Position numbers and translations under genes: made by a program. 32,000 nt of DNA from assembly GCF_000012465.1 (NCBI RefSeq), contig NC_007335.2, positions 1 to 32,000 on the forward strand. Direction: 5' to 3'. This stretch comes from Prochlorococcus marinus str. NATL2A. GTDB taxonomy: Bacteria > Cyanobacteriota > Cyanobacteriia > PCC-6307 > Cyanobiaceae. Under the pieces are notes generated by a model. It was not told the DNA's origin and did not search any database. It saw only the letters and a list, made by a program, of their open reading frames with translations. Each line of letters opens with the position of its first letter. The stretch's first letter is position 1. Of this stretch, positions 10,620 through 19,557 are shown piece by piece.

Positions 10620-11345
10620 TTGGTGCAGTCCTCTCCCAAAGAAGATCTTACTCTTAGCTCAAGGCTTCAGCAGGATCTTAAAAATGACCTAATAGCTGGT
10701 CTATTGGTGGTTATTCCCTTGGCTACCACTATTTGGTTGTCTACAATTGTCAGCCGCTTTGTTCTGGCAATATTAACTTCAATACCAAAACAATTAAATC
10801 CCTTCATTACTCTTAATCCTTTACTGCAAGACCTTATTAATCTCGCTTTGGGTTTAACTGTTCCACTACTAGGAATTTTGTTGATAGGTCTCATGGCTAG
10901 AAATTTTGTAGGAAGATGGTTGCTTGAGTTTGGCGAAGGAACTCTATCTCGAATACCACTTGCGGGATCAGTTTATAAAACTCTTAAACAACTTCTAGAA
11001 ACTTTTTTGAGAGACAATTCAACTAGATTTCGCAGAGTTGTATTAGTTGAATATCCGAGAGAAGGTTTGTTCAGCGTTGGTTTTGTGACTGGTATCGTTG
11101 GCCCATCTCTACAAACGGAACCAAATCAACCTTTGTTGAGTGTTTTTATACCTACTGCACCAAATCCTACAACTGGTTGGTATACATTGGTTCCAGAAGA
11201 CTCTGTTAAAGATTTAGATATATCTGTTGAAGACGCTTTTAGAACCATTATTTCTGCTGGAATTGTAAATCCTGATGATAGAAGTAACTCTTCAAATACA
11301 TCTTTTTCTAGTTTATTTTCTCAGTTAAGAGCATCATCTTCGTAA
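10620..11345 (+). CDS. DUF502-family membrane protein
   Basis: The 241-aa ORF has two N-terminal TM segments, IPLAGSVYKTLKQLLE, and the FIPTAPNPTTGW motif typical of DUF502. The start is ambiguous between TTG at 10620 and GTG at 10623. Confidence 0.8.
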   Translation: MVQSSPKEDLTLSSRLQQDLKNDLIAGLLVVIPLATTIWLSTIVSRFVLAILTSIPKQLNPFITLNPLLQDLINLALGLTVPLLGILLIGLMARNFVGRWLLEFGEGTLSRIPLAGSVYKTLKQLLETFLRDNSTRFRRVVLVEYPREGLFSVGFVTGIVGPSLQTEPNQPLLSVFIPTAPNPTTGWYTLVPEDSVKDLDISVEDAFRTIISAGIVNPDDRSNSSNTSFSSLFSQLRASSS

Positions 11346-11362
11346 AGCTTTTAGTCATAGTT

Positions 11363-11989
11363 ATGCAATTAAAATCAATTTCCAGAGAGTTAGCTCTTTT
11401 ACTTTTAGGACAAATTAAAAAAAAAGATATTAATAAATTAAATATTGAAAGTTTACTTAGTAAAGCAATTGAATCTTTAACTCAACATTGGCGAGAACAA
11501 TTAGATTCATGTGCATCGCAATTAGAAAAAGCCAATCAGGAATTATTGGATAGTGAATTTCAAGTAGATGCGGGATTGTTAATAAAATCTCAAAATCATT
11601 TGAAAACTTGTTTGATTGACTCAGAAAATATACTTAATTGCTTGTCTGAAAGTATCGAATTACCAAGATTACTAGCGTTAGTTGATCAAAAAGAAATACG
11701 TGAGTTAGCTCTTAGGCGTGTTGATTTAGTTATTGAAAAGCAAGATGAGATTGATCATAAGCTTGATAGCGTTATGGAAGGTTGGCGTTTAAAAAGGTTA
11801 CCTAGAATTGATAGCGATATTTTGAGATTGGCATGGGTTGATTTAATAGATTTTAATACTCCTATGGCTGTTACTTGTAATGAAGCTGTAAATTTGGCTA
11901 ATCGTTATAGCGATGAACAAGGACGAAGAATGATTAATGGAGTTTTAAGGAAACTTCAAAATTCTGCTTTGATACTAAACTTGAAATGA
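11363..11989 (+). CDS. nusB: Transcription antitermination factor NusB (long cyanobacterial form)
   Basis: The N-terminal SRELALLLLGQ and the C-terminal region (LPRIDSDILRLAWVDL..., NEAVNLANRYSDEQGRRMINGVLRKL) match NusB. A 4-nt ATGA overlap joins it to ftsY. Confidence 0.85.
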   Translation: MQLKSISRELALLLLGQIKKKDINKLNIESLLSKAIESLTQHWREQLDSCASQLEKANQELLDSEFQVDAGLLIKSQNHLKTCLIDSENILNCLSESIELPRLLALVDQKEIRELALRRVDLVIEKQDEIDHKLDSVMEGWRLKRLPRIDSDILRLAWVDLIDFNTPMAVTCNEAVNLANRYSDEQGRRMINGVLRKLQNSALILNLK

Positions 11990-13281
11990 AAGACGATTTT
12001 TCTCAGGACGAAAAGAATTTTTCTAAGATGAATCAAACCGAGAATTCCTCATTTGTTAACGATGACTCTTTAGATTGGGCAAAACAAGCTTATTTGCAAC
12101 TCAAACAAAAGCAAAAAGAGGAAAAAGAGTTATGTCAAAAAGAAATTGAAGAAAAAGAGATATTGAAAACTAAAACAAATACAAACGAGGATTCTAAATC
12201 AAATATTACAGTCGAAAATAGTCTGCAAGTTAGTCAAGAGACAGAAGTAGAAGATCAGCCTGAATTAGGAGATTTTGATGATACTTTTACATGGTCAGCG
12301 GAAGTTTTAGCTGCCCAAGGTAAAAAAATTGACCAATTTTCATTAGATGATATTGATTGGCTCAGCAGACTCAAGCAAGGGTTAGAAAAAACTCGTAAAG
12401 GCTTTGTTACTGATTTATTAGAAAAATTAGGAGACGATCCACTTACTCCTGAAGTTCTTGATGATTTAGAGACTCTTTTACTTAGAGCAGATGCGGGAGT
12501 TTCTGCTACTGATCAAATTTTAGAATCTCTAAGAACCAAGTTAAATGAGGAAGTTGTTGAAGCTTCAGAGGGCTTGCGTTTTTTAAAAGAACAATTAGTC
12601 AATGTTTTAGAAAAACCAATAAAAGATAGTGGTGCTGATTTGCTTTCTCCACAAAAAGGTTGTTTAAATATTTGGATGCTAGTAGGTGTTAATGGAGTTG
12701 GAAAAACGACGACTCTGGGTAAATTGGCAAGTGTTGCAAAAAGAAGTGGTTTTTCAGCAATGATTGCCGCTGCAGACACTTTTAGAGCTGCAGCTGTTCA
12801 ACAAGTAAAGGTATGGGGAGACAGAACAGGGGTTGAAGTTATCGCAAATGAATCTAAGAATGCCGATCCAGCATCGATAGTATTTGATGCTATTGGTGCA
12901 AGCAAATCAAAAAATATAGACTTACTATTGGTAGATACTGCAGGAAGATTACAAACGAAAAATAATTTAATGGAGGAATTGAAAAAAATTAGAAAAATTA
13001 TCGATAAACTTGCTCCTAAGGCAAACGTTGAATCTTTATTAGTTCTTGATTCTAGTCAAGGTCAAAATGGCCTAAGGCAGGCTCTAGCATTTGCTGATTC
13101 AGCAGAATTAACAGGTGTAATACTTACAAAACTTGATGGATCTTCTAAAGGAGGTGTTGCTATGGCTGTTGCATCAGAAGCAAAACTTCCTGTCAGATTT
13201 ATCGGAGCTGGTGAGAAAATTAGAGACTTGCGACCATTTAATAGCTTTGAATTTATTGAGGCACTTTTAACTGTTAGATGA
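11986..13281 (+). CDS. ftsY: Signal recognition particle receptor FtsY
   Basis: An acidic N-terminal A-domain is followed by an SRP-GTPase NG domain with GVNGVGKTTTLGKLA, DTAGRL and TKLDGSSKGG. Confidence 0.95.
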   Translation: MKDDFSQDEKNFSKMNQTENSSFVNDDSLDWAKQAYLQLKQKQKEEKELCQKEIEEKEILKTKTNTNEDSKSNITVENSLQVSQETEVEDQPELGDFDDTFTWSAEVLAAQGKKIDQFSLDDIDWLSRLKQGLEKTRKGFVTDLLEKLGDDPLTPEVLDDLETLLLRADAGVSATDQILESLRTKLNEEVVEASEGLRFLKEQLVNVLEKPIKDSGADLLSPQKGCLNIWMLVGVNGVGKTTTLGKLASVAKRSGFSAMIAAADTFRAAAVQQVKVWGDRTGVEVIANESKNADPASIVFDAIGASKSKNIDLLLVDTAGRLQTKNNLMEELKKIRKIIDKLAPKANVESLLVLDSSQGQNGLRQALAFADSAELTGVILTKLDGSSKGGVAMAVASEAKLPVRFIGAGEKIRDLRPFNSFEFIEALLTVR

Positions 13282-13336
13282 TTTTTAGATATTTTTTGTA
13301 TATGTTGTTAAGTTTTAATTTCTTTATTGTTGGAGA

Positions 13337-14737
13337 ATGATGAAAGAAAATTCTCCAATTTCAGAACAACAAAATCAACATCCTACTAATATCTTCTCAA
13401 GTGCTGCTTCCAAGTCTCTTAGCGATTTGGTTCATAGCCTTTCTCAAGAGCAAGTTGTTAATCAAGATTTATTACTTTCATTGAGCTTTGCTTTGCGAAG
13501 TTTTACTAATTTACAGCGTTTTCTTGAGCTTATTCCACTGCTTGTCACTCAATTAGTTGGCGTTAAAGGATCATTGTTAATTCCATTTCAAGATAATGGA
13601 AGCCTTTGGCGGGAACAGTTACAAATGGTCCCTATTGATGAAGATCAGGAACTCTTTAGAAAATTATTTCTTTTAGAGAAAGGGAAGAAAACGGGGTTTG
13701 GCATGGAGGGAAAAAATATTGAAATGTTAGATTGTTTAGTTCAAAGACATCTTGATTCTTCTAATGTAATTGCTACATCGATAGTTTCTCGAGGAAGGCA
13801 GCGAGGTCGATTATATGCGTTTGATAAAAAAGAGATTGTTTTTGGTAGTAATGTCCATCGAAAACATATTCAAATAGTTGCTGATCTTGCTGGAGTAGCG
13901 ATAGAAAACGATGCAATTTTTCAGGTGATTCGTAATCATGAAAAAGTTGATAGACAAATAAGTATTGGTGCTGAAATCCAATCACAATTATTACCTGATC
14001 AATGTCCAGTAATTGAAGGAGTTGAATTGGCTGCTTGCTGTAGGCCCGCTTTTCAAGTAGGTGGCGATTATTACGATTTTATGCCCACTCGCTCAGATTT
14101 AAATGAAACAGCAAAAGCCAGTGGGCGTTGGGCTTTGGTGATTGGTGATGTTATGGGTAAAGGTGTTCCGGCTGGATTGTTGATGACTATGTTAAGAGGA
14201 ATGCTTAGAGCGGAAGTTTTAACAGGACTACCCCCTGATTCCATTTTGCATGACCTGAATCAATTAGCTCTTGAAGATCTGACTCAATCACATAGGTTTG
14301 TAACTTTGTTTTATTCTGACTATGACGCTAAATCAAGAAAATTACGTTTTGCTAATGCAGCACATAATCCTCCTTTGCTTTGGAGCTCCAAGACAAAATC
14401 AATTAATAGATTAGATACCCCTGGTTTGTTAATAGGTCTTCAACCTGAAGCTGAATATGGATGTGGTGAGATATTTCTGCAGCCTGGTGATGTCCTTCTT
14501 TACTACACTGATGGAGTTACTGAGGCACCCGGGATATCAGGTGAACGTTTTGATGAAAATCGTTTAATAACTTTTTTAGATAAATTTGCTAAGGAAGGCT
14601 TGGGAGCCAAACAAATATTAAATAAACTTTTTGAAAGATTAGATGGTTTTGTAGGTGTTAGTGATCATCATCTTGAAGATGATGCGTCAATGGTGGTTTT
14701 AAAAGTCAAAGAATCAACGGTTCCTGAATTAACTTAG
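13337..14737 (+). CDS. PP2C/SpoIIE-family serine phosphatase (RsbU/IcfG-like) with an N-terminal sensor-like, possibly GAF, region
   Basis: The 466-aa ORF has GGDYYDF, IGDVMGKGVPAGLLM, YYTDGVTEA and DDASMVVLKV. A second ATG at 13340 is an equally possible start. Confidence 0.85.
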   Translation: MMKENSPISEQQNQHPTNIFSSAASKSLSDLVHSLSQEQVVNQDLLLSLSFALRSFTNLQRFLELIPLLVTQLVGVKGSLLIPFQDNGSLWREQLQMVPIDEDQELFRKLFLLEKGKKTGFGMEGKNIEMLDCLVQRHLDSSNVIATSIVSRGRQRGRLYAFDKKEIVFGSNVHRKHIQIVADLAGVAIENDAIFQVIRNHEKVDRQISIGAEIQSQLLPDQCPVIEGVELAACCRPAFQVGGDYYDFMPTRSDLNETAKASGRWALVIGDVMGKGVPAGLLMTMLRGMLRAEVLTGLPPDSILHDLNQLALEDLTQSHRFVTLFYSDYDAKSRKLRFANAAHNPPLLWSSKTKSINRLDTPGLLIGLQPEAEYGCGEIFLQPGDVLLYYTDGVTEAPGISGERFDENRLITFLDKFAKEGLGAKQILNKLFERLDGFVGVSDHHLEDDASMVVLKVKESTVPELT

Positions 14738-14785
14738 TAATCGCCTGACAATTGCTAAGACTCTTGCTTTATTTGTATTAGTCAT

Positions 14786-16177
14786 ATGGAAAAAGCATTG
14801 AGCAAAACTTGGAGTGAGAGATTTGATAAAGGACTTAATCCTTTTATAGAAAAATTTAATGCTTCTATCGAGTTTGATATTTGTTTATTAGAGGAAGATT
14901 TGGATGGATCAATTGCCCATGCACGTATGCTTGGAATTCAAGGGATTATTACCAAGGAAGAGGCGCTCAGATTAGAGAATGGTCTTCAACAGATTCGAAA
15001 AGAGGCTTCTGATGGTTTATTTCACCCTGTCATTTCAGATGAAGATGTGCATTTTGCAGTAGAAAAAAAATTAATAGATTTGATAGGCCCAGTAGGGAAA
15101 AAACTACATACTGGTCGTAGTCGTAATGATCAAGTTGGAACAGATCTGAGATTATGGCTAAGAAAGCGTATTGATGAAATTGATATGGATTTGGTACGTC
15201 TTCAGAAATCTCTTTTTTTATTAGCAGAGGAAAATTTGTATACGCTTATTCCTGGTTATACGCATTTACAAAGAGCCCAACCTTTGTCTCTGGCGCATCA
15301 CTTGTTGGCATATATTGAGATGGCACAAAGAGATAGAAATAGATTAAAAGACGTAAGAAAACGAGTGAATATTTCTCCACTAGGAGCAGCTGCTTTAGCT
15401 GGCACATCGATTTCTATAAGTAGAAAGATTACTTCTTCAGAATTACACTTTCAAGGTATTTATTCTAATAGTTTAGATGCTGTAAGTGATAGAGACTTTG
15501 TTGTAGAATTTTTAGGAGCCTCGTCGTTAATTATGGCTCATTTAAGTAGATTATCTGAAGAAGTAATTTTGTGGGCATCTGAAGAATTTGCATTTATTCA
15601 ATTAACCGACCGATGTGCTACTGGAAGTAGTCTTATGCCTCAAAAAAAGAATCCTGATGTACCAGAGCTTGTTCGAGGCAAGTCAGGAAGAGTATTTGGA
15701 CATTTACAAGCTATGCTGACTATGATTAAAGGATTACCTTTAGCTTACAACAAAGATTTTCAAGAAGACAAAGAAGCTATCTTTGATAGCGTTAAAACAG
15801 TTAAGAATTCTTTGATTGCCATATCAATTTTGTTTGAAGAAGGTTTAATTTTTAGAAAAGAAAGACTTAATCAAGCTGTTTCCTCAGACTTTTCAAATGC
15901 CACTGATGTAGCTGATTATTTAGTGGCTAAGGACATACCTTTCCGAGAGGCTTATCAATTAGTTGGGCGAATTGTAAAAACTTCTTTGGAGGAGGGGATT
16001 TTATTAAAAGATATTCCTTTAGAAAGATGGAAAACATTTCATAAATTTTTTGAAAAAGATATTTATGAAAAGCTTTTGCCTTCGAGTGTGGTCGAGTCTC
16101 GTTTGAGTGCTGGTGGAACTGGATTTGAGAGAGTTCAAGAACAGCTTCTTTCTTGGCGAGAAAAATTATTTAATTAA
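14786..16177 (+). CDS. argH: Argininosuccinate lyase
   Basis: The 463-aa ORF has [20 protein letters not shown] and the fumarate-lyase signature [12 protein letters not shown]. Confidence 0.95.
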   Translation: MEKALSKTWSERFDKGLNPFIEKFNASIEFDICLLEEDLDGSIAHARMLGIQGIITKEEALRLENGLQQIRKEASDGLFHPVISDEDVHFAVEKKLIDLIGPVGKKLHTGRSRNDQVGTDLRLWLRKRIDEIDMDLVRLQKSLFLLAEENLYTLIPGYTHLQRAQPLSLAHHLLAYIEMAQRDRNRLKDVRKRVNISPLGAAALAGTSISISRKITSSELHFQGIYSNSLDAVSDRDFVVEFLGASSLIMAHLSRLSEEVILWASEEFAFIQLTDRCATGSSLMPQKKNPDVPELVRGKSGRVFGHLQAMLTMIKGLPLAYNKDFQEDKEAIFDSVKTVKNSLIAISILFEEGLIFRKERLNQAVSSDFSNATDVADYLVAKDIPFREAYQLVGRIVKTSLEEGILLKDIPLERWKTFHKFFEKDIYEKLLPSSVVESRLSAGGTGFERVQEQLLSWREKLFN

Positions 16178-16303
16178 AAAAAATTTTTTAGATCAATTTT
16201 AGGGCTTTCGGTATTAAAGTGTATGGTGATAACTCATTTTAGAGTTATTAATTTTGGCTATTTATAGCCTATTAGTTACATTTTATTTTAAGTCAATTTT
16301 CAA

Positions 16304-17056
16304 GTGAGTATTTTTGTCGGCAACTTGCCCTTCCGCGCTGAGCAGGAAGATGTCATGGAATTGTTTTCTCCCTTTGGGGAGGTGTCAAATTGTTCTTTAC
16401 CTTTAGAACGAGATACAGGACGCAAAAGAGGTTTTGCTTTTGTTGAGATGGCTGATGAAGCAGTTGAAGCTTCAGCAATTGAATCTCTTCAAGGTGCTGA
16501 GCTCATGGGTCGTCCTTTAAGAATCAACAAAGCTGAACCTAGAGGGAGTGCTCCCAGAAGAGGCGGCGGCGGCTATGGCGGCGGCGGTCAAGGCGGCTAC
16601 GGCGGTGGCGGTCAAGGCGGTTACGGTGGCGGCCAAGGCGGTTACGGCGGCGGCCAAGGCGGTTACGGCGGCGGCTATGGCGGCGGCGGTCAAGGCGGCT
16701 ACGGCGGTGGCGGTCAAGGCGGCTATGGCGGTGGCGGTCAAGGCGGCTATGGCGGTGGCGGTCAAGGCGGCTACGGCGGTGGCGGTCAAGGCGGCTATGG
16801 CGGTGGCGGTCAAGGCGGCTACGGCGGTGGCGGTCAAGGCGGCTACGGTGGTGGCGGTCAAGGCGGCTACGGCGGTCAAGCTGATCAATCAGCTCAAGAT
16901 AGACCTTCTGGAGCCAAAGGTTGGGAAGATCGTAGTCATGGCAATGCTTCTCAAGATGTAAATGACTTTGATCAAGGTCGTAGTAGAAGAAGAAGAGGTG
17001 CTTCGCCTGAAGGGGGAGCCGACTCTACTGCAGATTATGGCGGCGCAGAATCTTAA
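16304..17056 (+). CDS. RRM-type RNA-binding protein with a very long Gly/Tyr/Gln repeat tail
   Basis: The ORF has a GTG start, RNP2 IFVGNL and RNP1 KRGFAFVEM. Fourteen GGYGG(G)(G)Q-type units follow, then a charged tail (RSRRRRG). Length is 250 aa. Confidence 0.9.
   Translation: MSIFVGNLPFRAEQEDVMELFSPFGEVSNCSLPLERDTGRKRGFAFVEMADEAVEASAIESLQGAELMGRPLRINKAEPRGSAPRRGGGGYGGGGQGGYGGGGQGGYGGGQGGYGGGQGGYGGGYGGGGQGGYGGGGQGGYGGGGQGGYGGGGQGGYGGGGQGGYGGGGQGGYGGGGQGGYGGGGQGGYGGQADQSAQDRPSGAKGWEDRSHGNASQDVNDFDQGRSRRRRGASPEGGADSTADYGGAES
16562..16879 (+). repeat. In-frame GC-rich tandem repeat (24-nt unit GGCGGCTAYGGCGGTGGCGGTCAA) encoding GGYGGGGQ
   Basis: Read directly from the sequence. Seven consecutive 24-nt units at 16694-16861 differ only by TAC/TAT and one GGC/GGT. 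More degenerate 21-24-nt units lie upstream and a truncated 18-nt unit downstream. Confidence 0.95.
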
Positions 17057-17074
17057 AGATTTCGCTTATTGTTT

Positions 17075-18082
17075 TTATTGCCCAGCATCTTCAAGTTGTT
17101 GGGCAATTTTTTTTAAAATAGAAATATCAGCTTTCTGAGTTTGACATTTTTCACTTAATTCTTGTCTCAATATTTTTGCATTAGGAATATTTTCTATCAG
17201 ATTTAAAATATGTCTTGAAATTTGCCAAAGACGTCCACCATTTTCTAAATGCTTTTGAGCAAAAGGAATAAGCTTTTTAATTATTTTTGATCTTGATAAA
17301 TATTTTTCTTTTTGTCCAAAAATTAATGAATCAATTTTTGTCCAAAGAAATGGATGAGAATATGCAGCTCTTCCTACCATTGCTCCATCAAATACTTTGA
17401 GAGCTTCAATAGAATCGTTAATTGTATTTATTCCACCGTTCAGCTCAATAATTAACTCAGGCCTATTATTTTTTAAGTTTTGAACTCTTTCATATTGAAG
17501 AGGTGGAATTGAACGATTTTCTTTTGGATTTAATCCATTAAGCCAAGCTTTTCTTGCATGAACGATGAATCTGTCTGCTCCTGCAAGTGAACAAGTATCA
17601 ACAAATTTGAGAAGATAATCATCACTGTCGAGATTATCAATACCAAGTCTGTGTTTGACAGTTATTGGGATATTGCATGTTTTTTTCATTTTCTCTATGC
17701 AACTGGCTACTATATTTGGTTTTCCCATTAGACAAGCTCCAAAGTTGCCAGATTTTACTTTTGGACTAGGGCAGCCAATATTTAAATTAATTTCGTCATA
17801 TCCCCAATCTTCAGCCATTTGAGCTGCTTCAGCTAAAAGTTTCGGGTTGTCTCCTCCTAGTTGTATGGAAATAGGATGCTCAATCTCATCAAAATCTAAT
17901 AATTTATTCCTGTTTTTGCTGTAATGGAGCGCTTGGGCCACAATCATTTCAGTGTATAGAAGCGATTTTTTGGTGATCTGGCGCATAAGGACACGAAAAT
18001 GCCTATCTGTGCAATCCATCATTGGAGCAATACTTAATCTGTAGTTAGCTATTTCATTTGTTTTTAAAGAATTGGAAATCAT
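17075..18082 (-). CDS. dusA: tRNA-dihydrouridine synthase A
   Basis: The 335-aa ORF has the DusA-type N-terminus (SIAPMMDCTDRHFR), NLNIGCP, and a TIM-barrel flavoenzyme pattern (VKHRLGID, HARKAWL). Confidence 0.87.
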   Translation of the reverse strand: MISNSLKTNEIANYRLSIAPMMDCTDRHFRVLMRQITKKSLLYTEMIVAQALHYSKNRNKLLDFDEIEHPISIQLGGDNPKLLAEAAQMAEDWGYDEINLNIGCPSPKVKSGNFGACLMGKPNIVASCIEKMKKTCNIPITVKHRLGIDNLDSDDYLLKFVDTCSLAGADRFIVHARKAWLNGLNPKENRSIPPLQYERVQNLKNNRPELIIELNGGINTINDSIEALKVFDGAMVGRAAYSHPFLWTKIDSLIFGQKEKYLSRSKIIKKLIPFAQKHLENGGRLWQISRHILNLIENIPNAKILRQELSEKCQTQKADISILKKIAQQLEDAGQ

Positions 18083-18153
18083 TTTTTATGAATTAATTTT
18101 TTCGCCTTTTAGGGAGGAAATTTTATTAAGATTCACTGAGTTGAGAAATTTCT

Positions 18154-18639
18154 TTGAAGCGTAGATTTTTTATGTTTGGACTCTTGAATACTCTTTTTGG
18201 TTTTACTATCAAACCAAAAAGCGCTTTTGCCTCCTCTAAATCTATGGAAAACTATAAAACTCTAACTGATACAGACTGGGAAAATCGTTTACCCAAAGAT
18301 GCTTTTTACGTCTTACGAAAGGAAGGAACAGAGAGACCGTTTTCAAGTCCATTAAATGATGAAAAAAGGAAAGGAGTTTTTCGTTGTGCAGGATGCGGTC
18401 TTGCTTTATTTTCTTCAACAACAAAGTTTGACAGTGGAACAGGCTGGCCAAGTTTTTTTGATCATTTACCGGATGCAATAGAGACAAAAACAGACTTCAA
18501 ATTAATTGTCCCTAGAACTGAATATCATTGTCGACGATGTGGTGGGCATCAAGGACATGTTTTTAATGATGGTCCAAGACCCACTGGTAAACGATATTGT
18601 AATAATGGCGTCGCTCTTGCATTCGAAGTTGATTCGTAA
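18154..18639 (+). CDS. msrB: Peptide-methionine (R)-S-oxide reductase MsrB with an N-terminal signal-peptide-like extension
   Basis: The SelR domain has two CxxC zinc pairs (CAGCG, CRRCG), GWPSF, HQGHVFNDGP and the active-site RYCNNG. The N-terminus is MKRRFFMFGLLNTLFGFTIKPKSAFA|SS. The start is TTG at 18154; an alternative ATG lies at 18172. Confidence 0.9.
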   Translation: MKRRFFMFGLLNTLFGFTIKPKSAFASSKSMENYKTLTDTDWENRLPKDAFYVLRKEGTERPFSSPLNDEKRKGVFRCAGCGLALFSSTTKFDSGTGWPSFFDHLPDAIETKTDFKLIVPRTEYHCRRCGGHQGHVFNDGPRPTGKRYCNNGVALAFEVDS

Positions 18640-18733
18640 ATGATTATCTTTTCTATTCAAATAGGTGTGGGCTTCCGTAGCTTGTACAAAAAACCCTTTG
18701 CAATCAACATGGTCTAAAAGCTGATTGAATTAT

Positions 18734-19513
18734 ATGAATTCAGACGTTTCCTCTTCCGAACATGAATTATCACAAGATGGTTCATCACAAAATAATCCCA
18801 GTGAAAATTCTGTAAGTTCTCCCAATAGTAATGAATCAGTTAATCAAGTTGAGCTTTCTGATAATCCCGAAGTAGAGCCTCAAGTGAAGAATGATTCAGT
18901 AGATACAGCAAACGAACAATCTTCAACTAGTTGTGAGTCAAATATTAAAGGTTCAGATACTGAAGCAAGATTACAGCAATTAGAAAAAGAGCATGAAACT
19001 TTAAACAGCCAATATATGAGAATAGCTGCTGACTTTGATAATTTCCGAAAGCGACAGACGCGTGATCAAGATGATCTAAAAATTCAACTTACTTGCACAA
19101 CCCTTAGTGAAATACTTCCTATTGTTGATAATTTTGAAAGAGCAAGGCAGCAGTTGAATCCTGAGGGTGAAGAAGCTCAAGCATTACACCGAAGTTACCA
19201 AGGGCTTTACAAACAATTAGTTGAAGTTCTTAAGAATCTTGGCGTTGCTCCAATGCGAGTGGTTGATCAGGCTTTTGATCCGTCTTTGCATGAGGCAGTT
19301 ATGAGAGAGCCCAGCGATGAAAAGGCTGAGGATATTGTGATTGAAGAATTACAACGGGGTTATCACCTTAACGGTCGTGTTTTAAGACATGCCTTGGTTA
19401 AAGTTTCTATGGGTCCAGGCCCGAAAGTCATTAATGAAGAGATTCCTGATCAGAGTGCTTCTAATCAAGAACTAAGTGAATCTGTAGATGGTTCAACTAA
19501 AGATGAGAATTAA
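18734..19513 (+). CDS. grpE: Nucleotide exchange factor GrpE
   Basis: A low-complexity acidic/Ser N-terminus is followed by the GrpE core [23 protein letters not shown] and FDPSLHEAV. The ORF track begins at TTG 18725; I prefer the in-frame ATG at 18734. Confidence 0.9.
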   Translation: MNSDVSSSEHELSQDGSSQNNPSENSVSSPNSNESVNQVELSDNPEVEPQVKNDSVDTANEQSSTSCESNIKGSDTEARLQQLEKEHETLNSQYMRIAADFDNFRKRQTRDQDDLKIQLTCTTLSEILPIVDNFERARQQLNPEGEEAQALHRSYQGLYKQLVEVLKNLGVAPMRVVDQAFDPSLHEAVMREPSDEKAEDIVIEELQRGYHLNGRVLRHALVKVSMGPGPKVINEEIPDQSASNQELSESVDGSTKDEN

Positions 19514-19557
19514 CTACATGATGATCGAAATGGAATTGAATTTGTTTAAATGTACTA

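Noticed and set aside
16211-16224. An NtcA-like site, GTA-N8-TAT, upstream of the RRM gene.
   Set aside because: It fails even the minimal GT-N10-AC requirement, because the last position is T rather than C. It also has no properly spaced -10 box that I can defend.
16562-16879. The regular 24-nt repeats could at first glance suggest a CRISPR-like or other non-coding array.
   Set aside because: The units are directly adjacent with no spacers and are not palindromic. They sit in frame inside a CDS, and no cas genes are present.
16517-16961. Two Ala/Thr/Val-rich ORFs (16517-16888 on the minus strand, 16548-16961 on the plus strand) overlap the RRM gene repeat.
   Set aside because: They are alternative-frame and antisense readings of the GGC/GGT-rich tandem repeat. 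The repeat is in frame with, and contiguous to, a bona fide RRM domain, so the Gly/Tyr/Gln frame is the real one.
18640-18733. I looked for a CIRCE (TTAGCACTC-N9-GAGTGCTAA) heat-shock operator upstream of grpE-dnaJ.
   Set aside because: No match or near-match is present in the spacer, so no HrcA-type control can be claimed from the sequence.
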